Shown here piece after piece: positions 50,756 to 64,000 of a stretch of DNA of 64,000 nt. The notes under the pieces were generated by a model that was given only the letters and a program-made list of their open reading frames with translations, did no database searches and had not been told where the DNA came from. The translations under genes were made by a program, and so were the position numbers. How positions within the stretch are numbered: the stretch's first letter is position 1; each line of letters starts with the position of its first letter. The stretch is from the human T2T-CHM13v2.0 reference genome, Homo sapiens, in assembly GCF_009914755.1 (NCBI RefSeq), contig NC_060941.1. The stretch is one strand, 5' to 3'.

Positions 50756-51720
50756 AAGATAAAATTATAAAGACTGACCATACTAAGTGTTGGTGAGGAT
50801 ATGGAGGAGATGGAACTCTCAGATGCTGCTAGTAGCAATATAAAATGCCAAAAGCACTTCGGAAGACAGTTTGGTAGTTACTTAAAAAGTTAAAACATAC
50901 ACCTACCATACGGTCCATTTCACTCCTTGGTATTTATCCCCCAAAAATGACATCATATGTCCACACAAAGACTTGTACACAAATATTTGTTGCAGCTTTA
51001 TTTGTAATAGCCTCAAACTGGAAACAGCCAAAATGTCTGTTCTGCAAGTGAATGGATAAAGAAATTTGGTATATCCATAAACAAAATACAGCTTAGCAAT
51101 AAAAAAAATTAACTTGATTGCAGTGATGGTTTCCCAGGTATGCACATATGTCAAAATTTATCAAAATTGTACCATTTAAATATGTGCACTTTTTGTACGT
51201 CAATCATACCTCACTAAAGCTATTTAAAATGTCTGAAAAATTCTGGGTTAAATAATTTTAAGTAAGTTTCTTTTCTGTAGGATTTCCAGAGCCTCTAAAT
51301 GTTAAGTGGGTATTATTACTCTACCAAAAGAGAATATGATATATGTCATTTCCCAAACTTATTCTTCCACAAAGCCTTTTTAAAATTTTTATTTTTTTTT
51401 ACTAAGTAGTTCACAGAGCTGGCATCCCATGGAACACGTTGCAAAATACGACAAAATCTGTTCTTGATTTGGACATTTCTAAGTGGCAAATGACAAGAAG
51501 ACACCTTTAAATTGTCTTCAAAACAAGAGAGCTCCCCAATTTATAAAATCTGCTGTAGCATATGTGAAAACATCCCAGTTGCCTGAAGAAATGTGTATGT
51601 TTGCCTCACAGGCTGCAGAATTTCTTTAGCTTTTCTTCGGCAGCCACAGATCAGGCTTATTTATTTTCTTCAGTTTTACTAAATATGAAGGTGTTGGCCA
51701 GGATTTATTGGTCTGTTTTA

Positions 51721-52170
<450 letters not shown>

Positions 52171-52534
52171 TTAGGAGACACACCACACGCATGCACAATC
52201 CAAGACACGGAGAAGAGAAATGCTCAGAAAATCCAAGTACGATGATTAGGAAGCTTTTTCTGAACTCAGCAACTATCACAGAACATTGTTAACTTCCTGG
52301 CTCTCTGCAAATTTTCTTTGACTACTTCAGGACCGAATCCAAGAGTTGCAGCCCTACACAGATTGTCTTTAAACCATAGAATTCAGCTGGCCCGCTCTGC
52401 TACTTTATTCATTAAAGCCACTCTATGCAACTGTTTAACCTAGTAGTCTTGAGTTTCATCTGGAACTCTAATCATTGGCAAGGAAAGTAACACCTGACTT
52501 CAGCAGTATTGGGTCAACTGCTTTTCTCAATTAA

Positions 52535-52888
<354 letters not shown>

Positions 52889-53663
52889 GAAAATGCTTTT
52901 AGGTGGAATTATCATGAGGGTTCATCACGCAGTCCTGCATCCTTAAGGCATACTGGCCTAACATAAGCATGGGCGCATGTGAGTGGAAAGTGCATAAAAC
53001 ACAGCCAAGTCCATATTCTACGCAGAGCAGGCCTCCTACTGTTAACACATGTGCACTGGAGTCTACCTACCCTCACAGGCCTGGATGTTACTATAGCTCT
53101 GTTTTCTCAGTATGCTTCCTCTTCAAATCCTCTGTAACCACAGATGGCTGCTGCCAAAAACCTGGATGAAAATCACAGAGATGACCCAGTGCAGCGCCAT
53201 CTTTATGACTGAACCAGTTGAGGTACCTCCTGGGTAGTATTTACATGATGCAAAACATGCTCAAGCATCGCCAATACTGAAGCTTTTCAAGGTTTCATGG
53301 TGGCAGAAGCTAGCCAGTTAATTACACGGAATCTGGGAAGGCAGGTTCTAGTCTCTGTTCTCCCGGTGGATTGTGACTGATTCAGGGTCAGGTGACTACA
53401 ATTTCTGAGGCTTGACTGAGAAATGACCGAGGAATCCCATTCATTTGTAAGGGAGAAACAGCCAATAAAAATGTATTCTTGTCTCATCAAAAAGACTTGG
53501 TCCAGGGGAAAGCCATGAAGATGGCTATTATACACACCTCCATCCCTCCTTATTGTGGAGGGAAAGGGATGCAATCTGTATAATATCATAGTGTGAAAAC
53601 TGAAGTTGGGCCCAAGTAGGGCCTGGTCTTTAATCCAATTCTGCCCATAGAAAGGAGAATCTG

Positions 53664-53972
53664 GGCTGGGTGCAGTGGCTCAAGCCTGTAATCCCAGCAC
53701 TTTGGGAGGCTGAGACAGGTGGATTGCTTGAGCTCGGGAGTTCCAGACCAGCCTGGAAAACATGGCAAAACTCTGTCTCTACAAAAAATACAAAAGTTAG
53801 CTAGGTATAGTGGCGTGCACCTGTGGTCCCAGCTACTTGGGAGGCTGAAGTGGGAGGATTTCTTGAGCTGGGAGGTCAAAGCTGCAGTGAGCTGTGATCA
53901 CACCACAAAACTCCAGGCTGGGTGACAGAGTAAGGCTCTGTCTCCAAAAAAAAGAAAGAAAGAAAGAAAGAA
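53664..53972 (+). mobile_element. AluJ
   Basis: Full dimer, (AAAG)n tail. Confidence 0.9.
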
Positions 53973-55179
53973 ACCTTATAAAGGACCACAGTGCCCCTGG
54001 GCCTGCTAGGCTGCCCACAGCTTGGCTCACAAAAGCAGCGTTGTCACTGTGGATGGCCTCAGGCCATGTTGGTCTTTGTACTGTTGCCCAGCCATTTGCA
54101 GGGCCAGTGCACTATTCTAAATTTCATTTCAAACAATGAATCCTCAGAGCGTTCATCCCTTCCATTCTGTTATCTACTGCAGTGCAAGGCTGTGGCTCAG
54201 AAAGTCTTTAGCTTGGAAGACATCTAGCTCCATTAAAACTGCAGCAATTATGACTACCTGGAGGTGAATAATCTCCTCTTGGCTTTATTTAATGTTCAAT
54301 ACAAAGAAACAGTCACCCCATTAAATTTACCTGCGCTGTGTCTCGCTTTGGATTTTTCAGGTAGTCATTGGTTCTAAACTATCATGTTCAGTATCTTAAG
54401 GACCAGACTATATTACTATGGTGAGGCAGACTGGCAGGAAAGCTCTGGGATCTATCTTGAACATTAGAGTTTAATAAAAAGGAAGGCATGAGATAAACTG
54501 AAAAATATAAAATAGGAAATCGCTGCAGCAGCATTCTGCATTCTTGAATAGAAAGACTGGAAATCTTAAAGCTACTAAGTCTTTTCAAATGGATAGCTTT
54601 AACATAATTCCACTCAAAATCACAACAGAATTCTAAAACTGGACAAGGGAACTCTAAAGCTCTTCTGAACAAAGAAAAATGCATAACGAGAGGAACTCAT
54701 CATTAAATATAAAGTGGTAATATTAAATGAGTCTTTCTTGCAGTAGGATACTTAACTTTCTTCAGATTTATCATCCCTTTAAAAGGCCTGTTTTGACAAA
54801 GGGGCTGGAGCACTTGAATGATTTGTGTCTATGTTTCTAGAGTACCATCAAAACACAGCAATTCTTATCCACTTGTGTCAAGGACTTCTGATGATACTTG
54901 TAGGTTATCGAAATGGAAGATTTCCTGTGGACTAGGATTTGGATTCTAAAAATCAGCTTATAGGTTTTCCCTGCAGCTCCAGACAGCTATTCCTCAGTTT
55001 TTGCCTCCTCTCTATATTGGAATTGAACAGCTTCCTATGAAGCTTGGAACGTCAATGCTTTCTGCATACTCAACTCCAGTTTCATATTTTTGCAAATCAA
55101 GCATTGGTTCTGTGCAGCTGTGAGTCTATTCCAAAGCGAGTAATAATTTGATTAGTAATTTTTTACAACTCTCTAATCC

Positions 55180-57030
55180 TGTAGGCTACGGGCTCACCTC
55201 TTGCAATCACCTAGTTCCCACCTAGACCCATCCTGCATTCACTGAAGATTCCAGCAGCATTATTCAGGTGCCACTATTCATGTAGATAAGCCATCTGCCT
55301 CACCTCCAATGAACCTGTCCTGTGCACCATCTCAACCAACTAATCCCAAGGGCACTACTTATCAGATCTACCTCTAAAATCTCAATGGCAGGCATTCCAG
55401 GTGTTGAACCACCTGCCTGCTATATTTATTTCCAGCTCCTTTCTTGTGAACGCTGGATCCAGTTCTTCTTTGGTACCACTGGCACCTCTGTGCCATTGGC
55501 CCAGCCACCTTTTTACTCCAACCTCCCACCTATGTCCACACTTCCCCCCTCATCAAGCAGTGGCCCTCGCTAGAGCCACCCTCTAGCAAATACCTACACA
55601 TATGCCTACTTAATGCCGACTCTCCATCTATTCTGCACTTGTCGCCAAAGAGTTGAATGTAATTGGAGAGAAACCTACTGCCATGATGCATCTCCACCAT
55701 TCTACTGAGAATGCTTTTGTCGGGGTCACCACTGGTGCCCATGTGGCCCAATCCAGTGCTCCCATCTCAGATCTCAGCTTGCTCATCCTTTCAGCATTTC
55801 TTTCACATGTCTAGTCAATTCCCCTCTTTTTGAACATCCCTCATTTGGCTTCCAAGAAACCTTTCTCCCCCAGTATTCCTGCATCCTCACTGGCCACACC
55901 TCTGCTCAGTTCCCTCTGCTGGATTCTGTTCCACTTCCCGATTTCCAAATGGAGGACCCTGGTGCTCGGTCCTCAGTGCTCTTCGCTCTCCTGCCTACAC
56001 AGGCTCCCCTGGGCGATCTCAACCAACCTCATGACTTTCGTCATTCCCAAATTTATATCTCCAACCCCAATGTCTTCCATGAACTCCAAAGTCATGAATC
56101 CATCTGCCTACTTGACGTTACCACTTGAGTATTCAGAGGCATCTCAGACACAGAACTTTTGTTCTTCCAACCCAAACTTGTTTTTCTCCAGCCACTCCCT
56201 GTAAATCACTCAATCCCAAAGGCTAAGAATCCTCCTCCTCCTTTCTCCTTCTCTCAGAGTCCTTACCTATCCGCAAATCCCATCAGCTCAACATTCAACT
56301 CCGCCACTCTTTCTGCAGCTCAAGCTATCCTCCCCCACTACAAACGCATCCTCCAAACTGCTGATCTGGATTCCACCCTTGTCCGCCAGCTCCCAGAATC
56401 TCTTCTCCACATAGCCACCCAAACAATACTTTAGAATGTGTGTCAGCTCATGGAACTCCCCTGAATAAAACCTCCTGATGGATTCCTGTCATACTCTAAT
56501 TGAGATCTGAAAGTGCTAGTGGTCCCTGCCCGCTGGAACACTTGCTGGACACCAGCCTCTTGACTGTCCCTCAAATACACCAAGCACCTACAAGCTCCAG
56601 GGCCTTCTCACGAATGCTCCGTGTGACCCGGATGCTCCTTCTGACTGGAGTGCTCCCTCCTAGGGTGCTCCCTCTGACCAGGATAATCTCTTCACACTCA
56701 TTCTTGGCATTTTCTCTTTCACATCTTTCAGGTCTTTTCTCAAAACCCATCATCTTACAGGGGTCTTCCCTGACTGCCTGATCTAAAATAACAGCCCAGT
56801 CACACTTTCATCCCAGTACCCTGCTTTTCTTTTTCCCTGCAGAGCCAGATAACATTACCTTATGTATCTTTGTCTATTATCTGTCTCTTCCACTGGACTA
56901 TAAAGTCCTGTGAGGGCAGGAGATTTGTCTTTTTGGGTACACTGATGTCATCCCAGAGTTCAGGATAGCACGAATCACACACCCATCAGATGAGTGAGTG
57001 AATGAATAAATGGATCAGATAATGAATGAA
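55180..57030 (+). mobile_element. Long L2 LINE remnant
   Basis: C/T-rich L2 body ending CTGTGAGGGCAGG...TGAATGAATAAATG. Confidence 0.72.
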
Positions 57031-58414
57031 GGAATGGATCAACTGGCTATCAACCGCAGTGGAAAGCTGGACCCCTGGAAAAGTCTACCTCCTCCAGTCT
57101 GTATCAGAAAGGGGCTATGCAACAGGACAAAGAAAGTGCGTCGAAACTCTGTTTTCAAGCCAATGGGCTCAACCACACTAAGGAAACAGCCGCAAAGATG
57201 AGGAGCACTTCTCCTGAGGGCTCTGCCTTCTTCCCCTTTCATCTGCATCATCTTTCTTGTGCCTGTGTATGCAGTAGGTGGCTTTGAAAGGCAGAGACAA
57301 ATGTCAGAATGCAACACTGCACAGTTCTTATTGCTTTCAACAGTTTCCCGTCTTCCGTCATAACGAGAACAGTCGCGGCCATGCTATAATTTTCTGTTTA
57401 GGTAACATCTTATTTGCATTCTGAAACCATGTCCTTTTTCCTATTACTGATATAAAAGATTGCTTATTTCTAATTATATTGCAGGCATTCAGGGAATTCA
57501 AAGAGCAGAAAATATGTCAGGAACAATTTACAAATTGTGGCTATTTGTGTACATGCTTGCCTGGACTCCAGCAAATTTAGAAACGAAAAAAAAATTGCTT
57601 ATTAAAGTGCCATCTCTCCTCAGCAGATCTCTGCTTCTATTTGTTCTCTCAGTCCTAACTAAATACAAACCTAAACCCTAAGTGTGAATGTGCTTGTGAA
57701 GAAAAGTACTTTTCCCCACTTCTCAATTGTTTTCAATGAGAATTTCGAAGTGATATTTTCCCCACTGCTCCCATCCTGCCTTGGAAATTCCATTTCTCTC
57801 ACACTCAAGTCATTATTTCTAAAAACAAAACAACAAAAAGAAACACACATTTTTCTGTTTTTGTGATTTGAGATGTCTCAAGAGCTAGAAAATTCTTCCC
57901 AGAGTCGTATGAGTCAGGACTGAATAACTATTCCACAGATATTAGGACGAACATACTGTGCATGAGGTGGAGAACCTTCATACTCAAAATGAAACCCTGA
58001 GTCTAAACTTATTTTGTTCCACATTTTAAGCTCAATTAAATTATAAGAAGCTTGAAGATGTAAAATATGCCTTCTATTTCTTTGGTATCTTGCCACAGTG
58101 CTAAGGAAAGAACAAACATACAGAACTTTCAACGTATTAATTTTCAATCCAGGAACCTTCATAGATCTGAACAAAGCCACTCAAAAGAGCCTAAACACAT
58201 GGCTCTACCTGATCCCAACAGATGGGGTTAGTGGTTGATTGTCAACAGTTGCCTGCATTTATCTCCCAAAAGGCCTTCTGGAACCTCTTCCCTGACCTAA
58301 ATAGAGATGCTTCTAAACATTTTAGAAGGCATGATCTTTTCAGAGTCCCATGCAACAACATCATTTTGCCTACTCGATCAGCTCTAAGCTTATTTCATCC
58401 AAGATAAGTGTTGA

Positions 58415-58720
58415 GGCCAGGTGTTGTGGTTCACACCTGTAATGGCAGCACTTTGGGAGGCTGAGGAAGGAGGATCACTTGAGGCCAGGAGTTCAAGATC
58501 AGCCTGGGCAACATAGCAAGACTCCATCTCGATAAAAAATGAAAAAATTAGCCAGGCATGGTAACGTGCACCTGTAGTCTCAGCTACTTGGGAGGCTGAG
58601 GAGAGAGGATTGCTTAAGCCCATGAGTTCAAGACTGCAGTGAGCTATGATTGTGGCCCTACACTCCAATCTGTGTGGTATAGCAAGACCCTGTCTCTCAA
58701 AAAAAAAGAAAGAAAAGAAA
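58415..58720 (+). mobile_element. AluJ
   Basis: Full dimer. Confidence 0.9.
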
Positions 58721-59027
58721 AAACGAAAGTGTAGACAGGAGTAACTAGATACAGTTGCAGAGACATGGTGTGCAGAGGTCAAACATGTTCATAAAGAGGC
58801 CTCAGACTCAAGCAAAATTCTACTATTGCCCAAATAAACTCTGACTCTGAATACAGGGCAAATCTCTATTTGCCCATTTTAAAAGGGAGGTTCGATCAAT
58901 GTGAATTTATAAACGTTTAGAGATGCAGATATGGATACCAAATATCTATTAGCCATACTTAAACCATTAATTTAGTTACAGATGTGTATTTAAAATAAAA
59001 TAAAATATTATATAAAATATATTACAT

Positions 59028-59343
59028 GGCCAGATGCAGTGGCTCACGCCTGTAATCCCAGCACTTTGGGAGGCCAAGGCAGATGGATCACCTGAGGTCA
59101 GGAGTTTGAGACCAGCCTAGCCAACATGGTGAAACCCCATCTCCAATAAAAATACAAAAATCAGCTGGGCATGGTGGCGGGCACCTGTAATCCCAGCTAC
59201 TTGGAAAGCTGAGGTAGGAGAATTGCTTGAACCTGGGAGGTGGAGGTTGCAGTGAGCTGAGGTGGAGGTTGCAGTGAGCTGAGATCGTGCCACTGCACTC
59301 CAGCCTGGGTGACAGAGGGAGACTCCATCTCAAAAAAAAAAAA
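59028..59343 (+). mobile_element. AluS with internal 22-bp tandem duplication
   Basis: GAGGTGGAGGTTGCAGTGAGCT x2 at 59237-59280. Confidence 0.92.
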
Positions 59344-59607
59344 TACGTTAAATAACAAATACTGCTTTTATACATTCTGACATTTCACAAAACAATTTGA
59401 TTCAATCTCTGCTTCTTTGATGCTAGTGTTGTTGCATTCACAAGAAACGCTTCTTGACTTATCAATTTTCAACAGCACATAATTTTTACTTCCATCTAAA
59501 TTAAGATTTGGCTGTTGCATAATCTGCATGATACTGTCACCAGTAATTTTATCCTGAGCCACAAAGACTCACTTGCACGGCAATAGTTTTTTCATTGTTT
59601 GTATTCA

Positions 59608-60850
<1,243 letters not shown>

Positions 60851-60939
60851 GAAAACATAAGAAAACAAAATGGATATCAGGTTGGGGGGTGGGGGGTGGC
60901 AGGGCGGAGGGAAGACTTTTCCAGATAAAAGACATATGA

Positions 60940-61145
60940 GGCTGGGCTCACACCTGTAATCCCAGCACTTTGGGAGGCCAAGGTGAGTGGATCACCCGAG
61001 GTCAGGAGTTCAAGACCAGCCTGATCAACATGGTGAAACCCCATCTCTACTAAAAATACAAAATTAGCTGGGCGTGGTGGCACATGCCTGTAATCCCAGC
61101 TCCTCAGGAGGCTGAGGCACGAGAATCGCTTGAACCCGGGAGGTG
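60940..61145 (+). mobile_element. AluS truncated at the 3' end
   Basis: Homology stops after GAACCCGGGAGG. Confidence 0.88.
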
Positions 61146-61925
61146 ATTTGGACTCTTGCTCTCCTGCCTGGACGCCCCTGCCAACCTTCTCTACCCTCTC
61201 AAAAAAACAGAGAAAATAAAGACTTGGAAGGACCTGAAGAAAATTCCTCAGATCATCCTGTTCCCCAGCTGCCTTTCCAATCTCCCACCCTCATAGCCTC
61301 CCACTTGCTGCTCCCCAGTCTGGAAGGTTCTATCCTCACTCTCTCCCCTCAGTTCATGATTCAGGTCCCTGCTCAATGCCTTTTTTGAACATCCTATCAA
61401 AAATACTCCCTGGTCACTCTCTCTCCGGCCATTACCTCGCTTTTACTTCCCTCTTTGGTTTTAAACCTACTTGGCATTATTACACATATAGATATAGATA
61501 TATATTAACACACACAGATACATACATATAAGTGCATATATAATATAAAGCCAATAGAAATGATTTTATTACTATTTATTACTATTTTATATTTAAATAA
61601 AATTATTTAAAACATAATTTTAAAATTATTTTAAAAATGTAAAATAATTTTTATTATTTTAAAATTTAAAAAACTCTCCTCCACTAACTCATGAGCCTGG
61701 GGCATTACTGTTCTGTGCTATGCACTTCTGCAGCCTCAGGGCCTAGCACAGTGTCCAGCACACAGTAGGTGCTCAATAAAGATGTGCTGAATGAATACTA
61801 TGAAGAGCCAAGGTAGAGATAAGACTGTTTTTTTCCCCAAGGATTGCACAGGATGAAATGAACTTCCCTAGCAATATAAGGGAAAACATTAATAATTTCT
61901 TGTCTAATTATAAAAAGTTATTAGA

Positions 61926-62241
<316 letters not shown>

Positions 62242-62970
62242 TCAAAGAGAAACACAGAATCTCCTCTTGAGAGTCTTAGAAAAAAAAGATAATTATCTTT
62301 CTGGGGTAGAAAAAGAATAAAGATAAATAGATTAAATAATACTGTATGGTTCGTTTCAAATTGAAGAGTCTATTTCCCCACTGATTTGGGGTTATTTTTT
62401 GCCTGTCTTTTCCAAATGAGCAGGAGACAAAATTGAACCTCTTGGTTCCAGGGCTAAAAGATGCTATCAATTTCTGTTGATTCTAGGTGAGATAACACAA
62501 CGCAGAAACAATTGGTCCACAATCCAACCAGTAAACTGGATAACAGACAATTTCTGAAGTTTTTTAGAAAGAGTGCAGTGAGAAACTGTTCAGATTTGAC
62601 AGCCATTTCCCGCATAACTCCTTCCTCCAACTGACTTGTTGGATCCAAAAGACAAACTGGAGGGAGTGAGGGAAGGGAACGAATGTAGCTAGTCACTCAT
62701 TGCCAGCATCCATGTATTTTCCAGGGTAGGTTCTCCAAGAGGCAATTATGTTAAATCAATCATCAGGAAATGAGGTCTTCGTAATGATAGCTATGACTTT
62801 GATTTCAAATACTGTGCCAATCAGAATGAGGGCTTTTGTTCCCTTGTCAAAAGGATCATTTATACTAAGTTCTAACTAAACAATACCCACTACCAACTTC
62901 CCTCCAAAAAGAAAAGAAAAGAAAAAGGAAAATGAAGCCCAATACTATTGAATGAAAACATATGGACCAG

Positions 62971-63270
62971 GGGCCGGGGCGGTGATTCACGCCTGTAATC
63001 CCAGCACTTTGGGAGGCTGAGTCAGGCAGATTGCGAGGTCAAGAGTTCAAGACCAGCCTGGCCAACATGGTGAAACCCTGTCTCTGCTAAAAATACAAAA
63101 ATTAGCCAGGCGTGGTGACACATGCCTATAATCCCAGCTACTTGGGAGGCTGAGGCAGGAGAATTGCTTGAAATGGGGGGTGGAGGTTGCAGTGACCCAG
63201 GATCGTGCCACTGCACTCCAGCCTGGGCGACACAGCAAGACTGTCTCAGGGAAAAAAAATATATATATAT
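62971..63270 (+). mobile_element. AluS
   Basis: Full dimer. Confidence 0.9.
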
Positions 63271-63862
63271 AGATACGGACCACAGAAGCTCAATATAGCA
63301 GTGAGTTCCTTAGCTATCTATATTGTACAATTTGTTCTTTAAGTCTCATTCCTGCTAAATCACCTGAGAATCCTCATTGGAAAACCAATGCTCTTCCCGA
63401 GTCTGCAGGCCAAATTTAGGGTTAAAAAAATGGGGGGTTAGGGAGGGCCTTAATTTGCTATCAAAACCCAAAACACACAACATGAGAAAAATCAAGGTTA
63501 GAATAAGTTCAAAAGAAGATCTGGTTCTTGACCATGATAATGTCACTATTCTAATAGGGTCCTAGGAAGAAGAGGGCTAAAGACACCAAGGAGGCTGGAT
63601 AAGTCCCATTGTTGGAGAGAAAGTTAGTGAGTTCTCCTAGGTGACTAAGGCACTTACCACCCCAATAAAAATATTGTTTTCCTTTTAGATATTTCCTCGA
63701 TGTCTGCTATATACCAGGCCCTGTTTGTACTAAGTGCTAGGGATATACAGACAGGTGCTGTATAGTGTCTGAACCTTTAGAACCAAGCAGTGAGTGTGAT
63801 CAGTATGTAAACTGATAAAGTTCAATGCAAAATAACCAATGCTCATGATAAATAGAAAATTA

Positions 63863-64000
<138 letters not shown>

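Overview
Primate (human-like), Alu-rich genomic DNA lying entirely inside the minus-strand zinc-transporter gene SLC39A11 (ZIP11). Only one coding exon is recognisable (5004-5174, minus strand, 171 nt, encoding [57 protein letters not shown]). The supplied ORF track misses this frame. The rest is intron: about 40 Alus (roughly 29 on + and 12 on - by my count), L1 and L2 fragments, MIRs, DNA-transposon fossils (Tigger2a, MER1A, MER53, MER58A, MER5) and a dense run of LTR relics between about 29.5 and 41.8 kb. I found no new protein-coding system. The most unusual signal is a set of local templated-copy and fold-back scars: (i) a two-part templated insertion 90 nt upstream of the exon that creates both a 138-bp near-perfect inverted repeat and 53-bp direct repeats bracketing the exon; (ii) a perfect 81-bp palindrome with a templated spacer replacing the 5' end of an Alu; (iii) nested inverted repeats around a (TA)22 tract; (iv) an Alu whose 3' end is replaced by a quasi-palindrome; (v) a 99-bp dispersed duplication. 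Repeat subfamily names and boundaries come from my recognition of consensus sequences and are approximate.
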